Shown: positions 5,900 through 6,023 of the stretch, one piece after another
Layout: every line of letters begins with the position of its first letter
Numbering within the stretch: the stretch's first letter is position 1
NCBI GenBank assembly: GCA_018985225.1
Contig: JADGIF010000608.1
Coordinates: 1 to 6,023 of the forward strand
From: Amoeboradix gromovi X-113
Lineage: Eukaryota > Fungi > Sanchytriomycota
Length of the DNA stretch: 6,023 nt
Direction of reading: 5' to 3'
Notes under the pieces: generated by a model
What the model was told of the DNA's origin: nothing
Seen by the model: the letters and a program-made list of their open reading frames with translations, nothing else
The model's database searches: none
Program-made: the position numbers and the translations under genes

Positions 5900-6023
5900 A
5901 TTCTAAATTTGTCTGTTTTTTTGATCAAAATATGTTTTGAATAAAACAAGACCCGTAAACCCAAATGTGAATTTCTTAAATAAATCATAGTTCTCTTCAA
6001 TTTTATAAAACATTTAGTAATAC

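Larger units (their letters stand above)
4983..5939 (-). pseudogene. Possible decayed gene of unknown family
   Basis: One - strand frame (containing ORF 5229-5444) reads protein-like in parts but has 14 stops in about 315 codons. No family is recognised. Confidence 0.2.

Overview
AT-rich, gene-dense eukaryotic nuclear DNA, probably from a fast-evolving fungus-like opisthokont with a compact genome, standard genetic code and no evident coding introns. Three genes are well supported: a shortened PMR1/SPCA-type Golgi Ca2+/Mn2+ P-type ATPase (126-2648, +), a small two-finger zinc-finger protein (3153-3545, -) and a very divergent mitochondrial ribosomal protein uL15m (4253-4972, +). The most interesting parts lack credible ORFs. 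First, the divergent spacer 3546-4252 has a GC-elevated core that folds by eye into about 500 nt of nested helices. Their G-U pairs mostly favour the + strand, an Sm-site-like AUUUUUG follows the last stem, and four telomere-repeat (TTAGGG)-like motifs lie inside. This is a candidate unannotated structured RNA, and telomerase RNA is one testable but unproven hypothesis. Second, the last ~1 kb has no convincing ORF but carries several strong inverted repeats and a stop-riddled, protein-like frame on the - strand. All structures were found by manual inspection, and no folding or database search was run.
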